The translations under genes and the position numbers were made by a program. A DNA stretch of 64,000 nucleotides from Macrostomum lignano (Eukaryota). The DNA lies in NCBI GenBank assembly GCA_002269645.1, contig NIVC01000906.1:186001-250000 (forward strand), written 5' to 3'. Of the stretch, positions 50,647 to 63,009 are shown in pieces; the stretch's first letter is position 1; every line of letters begins with the position of its first letter. Under the pieces are notes generated by a model, which was given only the letters and a program-made list of their open reading frames with translations, searched no databases and had not been told where the DNA came from.

Positions 50647-52193
50647 TCAGTCATCGCCTTCCTCTTCATCAAACGATAGCAACTTTTTGTTGCAGACGCT
50701 TGAAGAAGACCTAGAATTTGAGCCAGATGTGGCGGAATTGGACTGCTGACGAGGCCGCTTGGCTGAGCTGACCTCACTGTCGGCGGCAGAGGCTCCAGCG
50801 CCGGACCCGCTGCTAGCTGAGATCACTCCACCGCCCAGCTTGGTCTTCCTGCTGCCGCCGCTGTCGCCGCCAATGGCTGGCCGAACGAAGCGAACCCGGC
50901 TGCGGGCCTCCTCGAATTTGGCCTCCTCGCCGGCCTCACGGATTCGAGCCTAGCGGGGGGGGGGGGTTAAGACGCTTTGTTTGAAAAAGAAGGCAATTTT
51001 ATGAGCTGCAACTGAGACTAATTAAGTTATATTTGAGACTAGCTGGTATTTCTACTGGAGTTCTAATTGAGACAAGTGGAGTTCTAATTGAGACTAGTGG
51101 AGTTCTAATTGAGACTAGTGGAGTTCTAATTGAGACTACTGGAGTTCTAATTGAGACTACTGGAGTTCTAATTGAGACTACTGGAGTTCTAATTGAGACT
51201 ACTGGAGTTCTAATTGAGACTACTGGAGTTCTAATTGAGACTACAGGAGTTCTAATTGAGACTACAGGAGTTCTAATTGAGACTACTGGAGTTCTAATTG
51301 AGACTACTGGAGTTCTAATTGAGACTACTGGAGTTCTAATTGAGACTACTGGAATTCTAATTGAGACTACTGGAGTTCTAATTGAGACTACTGGAGTTCT
51401 AATTGAGACTACTGGAGTTCTAATTGAGACTACTGGAGTTCTAATTGAGACTACTGGAGTTCTAATTGAGACTACTGGAGTTCTAATTGAGACTACTGGA
51501 GTTCTAATTGAGACTACTGGAGTTCTATTTGAGACTACTGGAGTTCTAATTGAGACTACTGGAGTTCTAATTGAGACTACTGGAGTTCTAATTGAGACTA
51601 CTGGAGTTCTAATTGAGACTACAGGAGTTCTAATTGAGACTACTGGAGTTCTAATTGAGACTACTGGAGTTCTAATTGAGATTACTGGAGTTCTAATTGA
51701 GATTAGTGGAGTTCTAATTGAGATTAGTGAAGTTCTAATTGAGATTACTGGAGTTCTAATTGAGACTAGTAGAGTTCTAATTGAGATTAGTGGAGTTCTA
51801 ATTGAGATTACTGAAGTTCCAATTTGGACTACCGGAGCAAGTCTCAGAAACAAGCAAGAGATTCCATAACCTTACCTGCACAACTGCCAGCTCAGATTCA
51901 GAGATGCCGCTATCAGCTGACAGCACAATCTGCGGCATCTCTTCCTCATTCCTAGCTGCAGGCTCTCGACCTTCATCAGCACCATCATCTCTTGGCTTAG
52001 CCTTCCCAAGCCCTTTACCACTGCTGCTGTTATCATCGCTATTGGCAAATTTGTCAGCTAATTTGGCATCGGGCAGGATCCCAGCTCGCTGCTTGAATTG
52101 CCGAATGAAAGCTGGCTCTGAGCGGCCTTGGCCATCCTCATTTGAGTGGCCTCCTCCGCCAGTGTACTCAACTGTGTAGCGGGCACCACTCAT
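50647..52193 (-). CDS. KIAA1143: KIAA1143-like (DUF4604) protein, 206 aa
   Basis: Exons 52193-51876 and 50949-50647. Motifs EPAFIRQFK, EEEMPQIV, RVRFVRP, KKLLSFDEEEGDD parallel human KIAA1143. Confidence 0.8.
51050..51815. repeat. 21-bp minisatellite (~36 copies, intronic)
   Basis: ACTGGAGTTCTAATTGAGACT repeated. Confidence 0.97.
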
Positions 52194-54344
52194 TGTTGTT
52201 AGCAAGTTTTTATACAAATAGACTTAAAAGGCTATGAGACTTCGACTATTTAATGCTGGCTGTCTGTAGTGGAAGATACAAAAATGATTACATTAACATC
52301 TAACTGTTATATTGTAACTGTTATAGTAACTGTTATTGTAACTGTTATCTAACTGTAACTGTTATAGTTATATAAAACTTTATTCTGAATATACTACACT
52401 ACACTGCAGACAAACTGAGTTATTTAAGAATACAAAAATCACAGTGCCAATTGGCATTAGTGAAAAATTTCAACATCAAATAAATTTTTTTAATATCTCT
52501 ACCCATTTAAATGACCAAACAAATTTTCACCAAAATACAAAGCCCAACCTCTTTTGCTCTCCTTCTTGGGTCTTAACCCTCTGGAATCTATCCCCCCCTC
52601 GTCAACAAAGGGCCCATCAACTTAAACTCATAGAGTGGAGCCTGAATAATATTTGTACACAAATGATGTTATTCTGCTCATAGTGACACCAGGAAGCTAG
52701 ATTTGGTAAAAAAGATACAAAAATTGAACCTGGGATAGGAGTGAACAAGCAAGGGGACAATTAGTGGATTCCACCTTAAGAGCTTAAGTTGACCACCAAC
52801 CACCCTGTGCTCAATAGGGGTTGGATAAGATCTTGATCTTGATTTTGATTGTCAAGGTCTTGGCACTTTTTTCAATTTTGATTTTGGTTTCAAGATCTTG
52901 AAAAAAAGTCAAGATTTATGATTATAGTGATATTCTAGTTTGTTTCCTAATACTATTTTCAAGTTTGAATTGGTGCTACAACATAGTGCAATGGTAGAAA
53001 TTGATGTCTATGGCCAAAAGGGATAGGAAAGGGCATCAAAAAATGTTCTAGCCTCTAGCTTTTATTTGAAACTGCTCTATCACTTTATCTACTGCTTGAT
53101 CTACTGCTCTATCTATTGCTACTTTTATTATACTATCGATTGCTCTATCTAACACTTTAGCTACTGCTCTATTTACTATCTTTAAACTGCTTTATCTAGT
53201 ACTCAGAGACACTATGCTGTGGCACTGCTTCAAACTTAAAAATAATATCACAAAAATCTGGAAACTACCAATGTTATTCAATATCATATTTAAATTTGAT
53301 ATATATATATCAAGTTATAAACAATATTAAATAATCATAGCTTTTTCTATGAACATCATTGTATACATTTAACAAGTAACAATATTAACATTGATAGATA
53401 AAATAGTGTAAATAATACTAGAAGCAAATTAGGCTTAATCTTGAATCTTGATCAAATCTTAAATTTATCTTGAAAGTATAGATTTTGCATCTTAAAAATC
53501 TTAAAAATTTGATATTGTCAAACCCTTAATGCTCAAGTGTCATTTATCAATTCATTGGTTTATTGTGCAAAGCTATTATTACAGTAGTAAAACAAAACAA
53601 TATTTGTTTACTAGGATAGGGCCTAATTGAACACTATACCAAGGCCAGCGAAATACAAGATCACCTACTTATATATGCAACCATTGTGCTAATATAAACC
53701 TTATTCACAAATTTAATATGATAAATTGCACAAAGCACCATAATTAACTATTTATATTCGAAGCCTTGCATATTAAAGACTATAAACCCTCTCCTAATAT
53801 TAAATTAGCAGGGAGAAATAGCAGTGTGTACCTTAAAATTTTCAAGTTCTATTGACTTTATTAAATAATCACTAATTTTACATTGGCAAAAATAAAAAAC
53901 ATGAATTTTCATTTTGACATACACCTACCATGATCTGGACTATGGCCAAAGGCTTAATTTAATTTGATTAAATTAAGTTGATTAAATTAAATTATTAAAT
54001 TAATTAATTATTAAATTAATTATATAGTCTTATTAATTACAAATTATTAATTAAATTAATTAAATTAATTTGATTAATAATTTGATTAAATTATTTTTAT
54101 TTTAAATTAAATTAAAATAAAATAAAATAAAATTAATGCCTTAAATTAAATTAAAAACCTTGTTACCAAGGTTTTTTTTTGCATTGGGCATTTTTATTGT
54201 AAGAATAATAGATTTATTTTTTCAACAGACAGTATAGCCATAGAATAGAAGATAAAAAGCTAAACTAAAAATGATAATATAATATTAGGCTAAGTAGGCC
54301 CTATAAAGCCTAGAAATGGTATAGGCTATTATTTTTTATTAGAG

Positions 54345-54698
54345 GCAGGTGGGTTGTGTGCACTCTGGCACACTTTAAGCAACATAGGCACACAACCAGC
54401 AAGAGGCATTACTGCCCATTTTGCCAACTTCCCTGAGCAGGCATACAAGCGTGCGGATATGTATGCAGACACACACACAGGAGTATATAAATTATAATGG
54501 CCCTAACTTTATATTATTGTTAAGCATGTACACTTCATTGCACCTTGGGGGGTTAGCTTTCAAGGCCATTAATTGCACAAGCAGAGCCAAGCCGAGATTC
54601 CATTTTAGCCCCAAATTAAATTAATGTGACTATACTTGGAATCAAGCCTGGATTGCTGGCACACCAGAGCAGCTACACTACCACTAGGCTACAGCCCC
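54345..54698 (-). mobile_element. tRNA-related SINE, second family
   Basis: Minus-strand head GGGGCTGTAGCCTAGTGG...GGCTTGATTCC. Body homologous to 24238-24558; a short related fragment at ~4985-5020. Confidence 0.7.
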
Positions 54699-55509
54699 TC
54701 GGTAGTGTAGGCTAGTGTTCTGCCATAAGGAAGGTCCATATACCATAGCTATAGCCATAAGCAAAACTATGGCTTATTCCATCTATTTCTCTATATTCTG
54801 TAGCCGTAAGGACCCCAATGTACCATATTCCCATAATTCCCATAGCCATAGCCATAGTTTTAACAAAAAGTCTAGAAAACAAAATATTTTGAATCAAAAA
54901 GATAACCTAGTGCTTAAATAACTACAAATTAACTTATATTAAGTTAGAAAATAAAAGAAACACTCAATTGCCTTTGTAAGATTATATTTCATCTTTTTTC
55001 AGAGCAACAATACTTAATTGTTAGCCTACTGAAAGTACTAATGGCAAAATGCTGAACATTTTCACATTAATAAAAATTAGAGTTTGCTAGTAACCTAGTT
55101 TTATTGTAATTTTTTTAATTTTTAGCCAATTTAGGTATATTTTAAAAGTTTCTAAGTTGATAATACAGTTTATTAAAAGTAGGCCCCTATCTTAATTTTA
55201 CTCCACCTTTTTACTCCATCTACAATATATATAGAAGTTTTTTGTCAAATCATCATAGTGCTTAAGCCTTAGGGTTAGGCCTAAAAGTGCTAGAACACAT
55301 TTGCTAGCCTAGCTATCTGGGCCTAAATGGGCCTCATATAGATTCTAGTAGTGCTAGGCCTATGGCCTGGGCAATATGAAATATGGCTGGAATATTATAG
55401 TTTTACACGTGGCAGTAAAATATTAAGATTCTGTTTAAGATGATAGATATTCAAGACTATATATTTAAATACGAGATAGCGTAACGACATAGACTAGGCC
55501 TACCCTACC

Positions 55510-55610
55510 GGGGTTGACGGTCGTTTCGTCTTATTTTGCTGCTTATTTTTAAAAAGTCGTTTCGTCTGCCGGCAGACGAAAAAGCGGCAGACGAAATGAC
55601 CGCGCACCCC
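55510..55610. mobile_element. 101-bp MITE-like element
   Basis: Imperfect TIRs GGGGTTGACGGTCGTTTCGTCT / AGACGAAATGACCGCGCACCCC, flanking TACC duplication, central perfect palindrome TTCGTCTGCCGGCAGACGAA (55561-55580). Confidence 0.6.
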
Positions 55611-57064
55611 TACCGGTACCCTACATCAAACCTCTCGAGGAGTCTAGGCTCTAATATTTAGTTGCTGACCAATTCGGCGACAGAGATTCCCATCAAGGAC
55701 TACTTAAACTTACTCAAGTCGACTTAAGTAGTCCTTGTTCACCAATCACTATATTTCTTATGATTTATGTCGTTTATGTATGATTTAATGTTATTCATTA
55801 ATTCTCTGCTTGATGTGCTTTCCAAGAAATGTTCGTTCATTTTCGAAGACGCGCGATGTTCAATTTATTCGATCAAACGCAATTTTTCTATTAGTAGGCT
55901 TTTCATATGCCTCTGCCAAGCCTCAGTCACGCCACTCTACTGTCTGTTCGAGCTCTCGCTGCGAGCACCGCCGCCACACGTTCACTGTCATCACGCTGTT
56001 ACCATTGCCTCAGGCTCCTCGACTCGTTCTTTCGCCTACCAGAATTTATCCATCTTATTGTTGTGTAACCGCCAGTGCATTTCTTCCGGATTCAGCAATT
56101 ACTCTGCCCTATCGCTGTTGGCCGCCCAGGCAGAACTGATAATAGCAAGCTTAACTATCCTCTTATAAGACTGCGGCCATTGCCCGCATCAGTTGTACTA
56201 TCATCAAGTCTCAAGTGCTACCGCTACAAATTGTGCCTCTGCCGTGTTGTCTCGTTAACCATTTTCGAGTCTGCCAAATAAATCGTCACAATATCACAAT
56301 AGCTTGTGAATGTGCGTGTTGAATGAATGTGGAGTGTCACATCGACGGTCACACTTGTGACAGCTTATTTGACTGTCACATCGACGGTCACAGTGGTGAC
56401 AGTTTATTTGACTGTCACATTTGAGTATCACAATGAAGGGTCACATGTGATACCGTCATTTGAGTGTCTCACAAAACTGTCACATAGTCAAAAGTGACAG
56501 TCCCACTTTTATACGGGTTATATATAAGAAGCCATAATATATTCAAATTAAATTATAATAAAATACCAAGCCATGCTTAAGTCAAAGGCACAGTTTGACC
56601 GTTTATTTGAGCACGCAGTATACACGAGACAAATAAAAAATATTTTATAGCCCTATTAATGAGCAAAAGAATTTTAGAAAGTTTCTGAATAATGCGCGCG
56701 TTGGATGCATAATTTGCGTTGGCTTTGGGCACAATTAGAAAAACAATTTATAAAGCGTACAAGATTAGAGAATAAAATTTTACTAAAACAAATTATAAAA
56801 GTATTGGAGTTTTGTTCAATAAATTGATTGCTAAAGTCCAACAGCGCTACTGCTAGTAGCAAAACTAGTACATTCATGGGCGATGAGACAGGCGCCATTC
56901 TGGAATAATTAAACTTAAACCAATTTAAAAAGTTGTGGGTGATGGCTTTAGCTAAATTAAAGTACACAAATAATTGATTTGGAGAAAATTTTAATGATCA
57001 ATTTTAGCTCGTACTTTCGACTGTATTTTCGGTTCCCTTCGGTTTCATTTCGACGATTCTTTAA

Positions 57065-57760
57065 GTTTCTGTCTCATTACCGAGAATGTCTTCAGCTTCT
57101 GTTTCATTTCTAATGTCTTCAGCTTTTATCTTGTTACCAAGGATGTCTTCAGCTTCCGTTTCATTACCAAGAATGTATTCAGCTTCTGTTTCATTTCTAA
57201 TGTCTTCAGCTTTCATCTCATTACCAAGGATGTCTTCAGCTTCCGTTTCATTACCAAGAATATATTCAGCTTCTGTTTCATTTCTAATGTCTTCAGCTTT
57301 CATCTCATTACCAAGGATGTCTTCAGCTTCCGTCTCATTTCCAAGGATGTCTTCAGCTTCCGTTTCATTACCAAGAATGTATTCAGCTTCTGTTTCATTT
57401 CTAATGTCTTCAGCTTCCGTCTCATTTCCAAGGATGTCTTCAGCTTCCGTCTCATTACCAAGGATGTCTTCAGCTTCCGTCTCATTACCAAGGATGTCTT
57501 CAGCTTCCGTCTCATTTCCAAGGATGTCTTCAGCTTCCGTCTCATTTCCAAGGATGTCTTCAGCTTCCGTCTCATTTCCAAGGATGTCTTCAGCTTCCGT
57601 CTCATTACCAAGAATGTATTTAGCTTCTGTTTTACTTCCAATGGGTTTAGCTTCTGTCTCATCACCAAGAATGTATTCAGCTTTTGTTTTATTTCCAAGG
57701 ATGTCTTCAAGCTTATGTCTCATTTCCAAGGATGTCTTCAGCTCATGTCTCATTTCCATT
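57065..57760. repeat. 30/27-bp minisatellite with an open frame on the minus strand ((NETEAEDILG)n)
   Basis: ORF 57061-57759; unit variants are all multiples of 3. Confidence 0.9.
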
Positions 57761-58186
57761 AATGTCTTTAGCTTGTCTCATTTACTTTAAGTACAAATAT
57801 TCCTTCAGCTTATGTTTCATTTCCAAGGAAGTCATCAGCTTCTGTTTCATTAATAAGGATTCTTTAAACTTGTCTATTTGCAGTCTGATTTTTTAATATC
57901 GTGCATTTTTAAAAATATCTTTTCGGCGATTCTTTCAATTCCAAGACCACGATTTCAGTTCCAGTCTTTTTTCTGACGATTTTTTTCCATTACTGCCTTT
58001 TTTCAGAGAATGTTGTTTTCAGCTTCTGTCCCATTTTCGAGGATGGCCTCCATTTAACTTTCGTTACCGATATTTTTACTGTCTTTTATTACTTCTATTA
58101 ATATTATTATCACTTCTAAACTTCACTTTAGAAATTAATTGCAAATGACGCTTCAAGCTTCGATTCTGATTCCTTTGTATTTCCAG

Positions 58187-61100
58187 CTAATCTTGATGTT
58201 CCGACGCCAATTCCAGTTGACTTTCCGGCTGATTTCCACTTGTTGGCACTTCCACATCCATGGCTACGTGGGGTGCAGGTTCCATAGGATCGGATTCCAC
58301 TAGTTCAGTCTTGGCTGACGCGGCGGCCGCGGTCTCGTCCATGCTGAACGTTGGCAGAGCGGAGTCCGGATGGGGCTCGATCCGGGGCAGCAGCTCCGGT
58401 ATGTCGTAGAATTTTCCTTTAAACTGCGGTCCGTATTCGGTCCAGTTCCGGCCGAGTTCGCGCAGTTTCCGTCGAAGCATGTCCAGCAGGCCCTTCTTTA
58501 GAGTGCCTCGGTCTGAGCTCTTCAGCTGCTCTTGGACCTGAAGTTTCATAAATACTATTACAGAATAGACATTTGAAATATAATAAACGAGACAATTATG
58601 ATAAAATAAGGAGAGGAAAGGTTGTGCAGCCATTTCGTGTGCCGCCTTATTGTCTGCTGGAGTCAATTAACTATATTTGAATTTGACATCCAGATATATA
58701 CATTGCCAATTTACAGCGACAAGCAAAAGTTTTTAAATTTGACCGTGTGGTCATGAAAATTGATGTCTAACTTTGACATTTTTCTATTTTTTATGCTCGA
58801 TGCAGAATGGGGTACATGAAGGACGGGAGACTGGGGTAGATGAACGACGGGAGACTGGGGTAGATGAAGGACGGGAGACTGGGGTAGATGAAGGACGGGA
58901 GACTGGGGTACAGGGGGATGGGAGACTGGGGTAGATGAAGGACGGGAGACTGGGGTAGATGAAGGACGGGAGACTGGGGTACAGGGGGATGGGAGACTGG
59001 GGTAGATGAAGGACGGGAGACTGGGGTAGATGAACGACGGGAGACTGGGGTACAGGGGGGATGGGAGACTGGGATAGATGAAGGACGGGAGACTGGGGTA
59101 GATGAAGGACGGGAGACTGGGGTACATAAAGGACGGGAGACTGGGGTAGATGAAGGACGGGAGACTGGGGTACATAAAGGACGGGAGACTGGGGTACAGG
59201 AAGGACGGGAGACTGGGGTACAGGAAGGACGGGAGACTGGGGTACAGGAAGGACGGGAGACTAGGGTAGAGGAAGGACGGGAGACTAGGATAGAGGGGGA
59301 TGGGAGACTGGGGTAGAGGAGGGATGGGAGACTGAGGTAGAAGGTAGAAGGACTGGGGGACTGGAGTAGAGTAGGGAGAAGTAAAGGAGAGAGAGAGATA
59401 GAGTAGGAGAGTAGATATAGAGGGTGAGGCAGAGGAAGGATATAGGGGCAGAGAAAGGAAAGGTATGTAGCGAAAAATGAGTTCTATCTTTTGTCGGCAT
59501 TTAAAAATGAAACAAAAGGCCAAAAAGCGAAAATCCAGACAAGAGAAGATCTGGGCAAAAGAAGTGTTGACAAACCTCGGCAAATTCATTTTTCTGACCA
59601 GCCAGAGCGGCAGCGTGACTCAAAGGCCCGACCAGTTTCAATATGGAATAGAAGCTGCCAGCCATGGGATAGGCTTGGGCCAGCAGGCGCTGCGCCGCCA
59701 AGTCGTAGGCTGCCGCTTTGCTGCGGCCGACGCACTGGCCGGACTGACTGCCGCGCAGGGTCAGGCAGCAGGTGTGCTGCTGATGCGGCCGGTGATGATG
59801 ATGATGATGCCGACCGGATGCTGGATTATTAGTTGCCGGGGCGCAGGTGGAGTATTCGATTCTTAATTCGCTTTCCTCTATGCAATAGCGGCGCATATAG
59901 TCGCTTAATAGGCAGCGCATTCTGGGCAGTTTGTGCCGTTTCAACAGCTCAACCGCTCTGGGATCCGAGCTGCCAATCGATTTGAAATCGTCGGGCACCT
60001 CGGCTGGCTGATCCGACGAATCCGCGGAGGCGGCGGCTGTCGACGAGGGCGACGGAGGCTGCTGCTGCTGCGGGCGGCCGGTGTTTTGCACCGACTTGTT
60101 GCCGACGTCTGGTCGCCCGCGATTCTGCTGTGATTTTTTATCCGATTTTGTCTGATCCACTGAGCTGCCGCCGCCTGCGGATTGTCAAATTAATGGGTGC
60201 AGGTTGGGATTGGAATTTTGTCGATTTTGATTGCAACTCGTAGCTACTCGTAGTTATAGGTAGACTTTAGTGGTAAAAAATATGCAATCAGAAGCGTCAA
60301 TGCTGTATCTGAAAGATGGGATTCAGGTAGCCTAAGTAGGTTAAAGATGGATTCGGGTAGCCTAAGTAGGTTAAAGATGGATTCGGGTAGCCTAAGTAGG
60401 TTAAAGATGGATTCAGGTAGCCTAAGTAGGTTAAAGATGGATTCGGGTAGCCTAAGTAGGTTAAAGATGGATTCGGGTAGCCTAAGTAGGTTAAAGATGG
60501 ATTCAGGTAGCCTAAGTAGGTTAAAGATGGATTCGGGTAGCCTAAGTAGGTTAAAGATGGATTCGGGTAGCCTAAGTAGGTTAAAGATGGATTCGGGTAG
60601 CCTAAGTAGGTTAAAGATGGATTCAGGTAGCCTAAGTAGGTTAAAGATGGATTCGGGTAGCCTAAGTAGGTTAAAGATGGATTCGGGTAGCCTAAGTAGG
60701 TTAAAGATGGATTCAGGTAGCCTAAGTAGGTTAAAGATGGATTCGGGTAGCCTAAGTAGGTTAAAGATGGATTCAGGTAGCCTAAGTAGGTTAAAGATGG
60801 ATTCAGGTAGCCTAAGTAGGTTAAAGATGGATTCGGGTAGCCTAAGTAGGTTAAATATGGATTCGGGTAGCCTAAGTACCAGTAGGTTAAAGATGGATTC
60901 AGGTAGCCTAAGTAGGTTAAAGATGGATTCAGGTAGCCTAAGTAGGTTAAAGATGGATTCAGGTAGCCTAAGTAGGTTAAAGATGGATTCAGGTAGCCTA
61001 AGTAGGTTAAAGATGGATTCAGGTAGCCTAAGTAGGTTAAAGATGGATTCAGGTAGCCTAAGTAGGTTAAATATGGATTCGGGTAGCCTAAGTACCAGTA

Positions 61101-62774
61101 GGTTAAAGATGGATTCAGGTAGCCTAAGTAGGTTAAAGATGGATTCAGGTAGCCTAAGTAGGTTAAAGATGGATTCAGGTAGCCTAAGTAGGTTAAAGAT
61201 GGATTCAGGTAGCCTAAGTAGGTTAAATATGGATTCAGGTAGCCTAAGTAGGTTAAAGATGGATTTCGTGCTGTCGCGTTGGTTAAGGATAGATTGAAAT
61301 ACGAGCTGGGTCAATCAGAATCAAGTGAGTCAATCAGACTCAAGTGGATCAATGAGATTCAAGTAGGTCAATCAGTCTCAGGTAGGTCAATCAGAATCAA
61401 GTGGGTGAATCAGACTCAAGTAGGTCAACAGACTCAAGTGGGTCAATCAGTCTCAGGTAGGTCAATCAGAATCAAGTGGGTGAACCAGACTCAGGTAGGT
61501 CAACAGACTCAAGTGGGTCAATCAGTCTCAGGTAGGTCAATCAGAATCAAGTGGGTGAACCAGACTCAGGTAGGTCAACAGACTCAAGTGGGTCAATCAG
61601 ACTCAAGTGGGTGAATCAGACTCAGGTAGGTCAACAGACTCAAGTGGGTCAATCAGACTCAAGTGGGTGAACCAGACTCAGGTAGGTCAACAGACTCAAG
61701 TGGGTCAATCAGTCTCAGGTAGGTCAATCAGAATCAAGTGGGTGAATCAGACTCAAGTAGGTCAACAGACTCAAGTGGGTCAATCAGTCTCAGGTAGGTC
61801 AATCAGAATCAAGTGGGTGAACCAGACTCAGGTAGGTCAACAGACTCAAGTGGGTCAATCAGTCTCAGGTAGGTCAATCAGAATCAAGTGGGTGAATCAG
61901 ACTCAGGTAGGTCAACAGACTCAAGTGGGTCAATCAGACTCAAGTGGGTGAACCAGACTCAGGTAGGTCAACAGACTCAAGTGGGTCAATCAGACTCAAG
62001 TGGGTGAACCAGACTCAGGCAGGTCAACAGACTCAAGTGGGTCAATCAGTCTCAGGTAGGTCAATCAGAATCAAGTGGGTGAATCAGACTCAGGTAGGTC
62101 AACAGACTCAAGTGGGTCAATCAGACTCAAGTGGGTGAACCAGACTCAGGTAGGTCAACAGACTCAAGTGGGTCAATCAGTCTCAGGTAGGTCAATCAGA
62201 ATCAAGTGGGTGAACCAGACTCAGGTAGGTCAACAGACTCAAGTGGGTCAATCAGTCTCAGGTAGGTCAATCAGAATCAAGTGGGTGAATCAGACTCAGG
62301 TAGGTCAACAGACTCAAGTGGGTCAATCAGACTCAAGAGGGTGAACCAGACTCAGGTAGGTCAACAGACTCAAGTGGGTCAATCAGACTCAAGTGGGTGA
62401 ACCAGACTCAGGTAGGTCAACAGACTCAAGTGGGTCAATCAGACTCAAGTGGGTGAACCAGACTCAGGTAGGTCAATCAAACCCAGGCAGATCAAATATC
62501 AACCAAACTCACCAGACTCTTTATCCGCAGAGGTGGCGGCAGCGGCGGACCCAGTCCCGACCAAAGAAGGATGCTTCAACAAGTCGTCCTTGAACTGATC
62601 GAAGTTCGGCGCCAGAGTTTCCAGGCCGCTGAGAGCAGCCATGTGCCTGGCTAGGCGCTTGTTCTTGCCAACTCCGGTGCCCAGCTGGCGGCCGTCGTGG
62701 CTGAGCAGGTTGCAGCGGAGCTCCGTGTCGGATATGCGCTGGTACTCGTAGCGAAATTGTCGGTCGGGTGCGAC
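58187..62774 (-). CDS. DGCR8: Microprocessor subunit DGCR8/Pasha, 3' part (two dsRBDs plus C-terminal tail)
   Basis: Exons 62774-62513, 60174-59576, 58537-58187. dsRBD1 GTGVGKNKRLARHMAALSGLETLAPNF, linker FKSIGSSDPRAVELL, dsRBD2 GRSKAAAYDLAAQRLLAQAYP, tail ..LLDMLRRKLREL align with DGCR8. 5' exons lie beyond the window. Confidence 0.85.
58815..59345. repeat. 24-bp minisatellite (intronic)
   Basis: GATGAAGGACGGGAGACTGGGGTA repeated. Confidence 0.95.
60315..61265. repeat. 30-bp minisatellite (~31 copies, intronic)
   Basis: AAGATGGATTCAGGTAGCCTAAGTAGGTTA repeated. Confidence 0.97.
61310..62480. repeat. 18-19-bp subunit minisatellite with 75-bp higher-order units (intronic)
   Basis: AATCAGACTCAAGTAGGTC / AACAGACTCAAGTGGGTC / AATCAGTCTCAGGTAGGTC / AATCAGAATCAAGTGGGTG. 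Confidence 0.93.
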
Positions 62775-63009
62775 CTGGAACGCGCGGGGTGCAGGCAGTT
62801 TTTTGTTAACATTTCAACAAACTCTTAATAACTTAGGTTTGGGGAGCAATGCTTTCTCATCCTTACTATCGATCGACTTCCTTTGCCGGTGTCTATGTCT
62901 CTATCTCCATCTATTTCTCAGCATCTCTCCTGTTATCTCTTAATGCCCCTCCCCGACTCTCCAACTCTTCTCTATACCCCTCTTCGCCAAAAACTATTTC
63001 CGCCTACCC

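Noticed and set aside
55767-56967. Several 68-133-aa ORFs
   Set aside because: No motifs, no consistent splice sites, overlapping frames.
58060-58189. Stop-codon readthrough of DGCR8 (about 41 open codons after TAG)
   Set aside because: A short AT-rich open stretch can arise by chance; the context TAG-CTG is suggestive only, and there is no conservation data.
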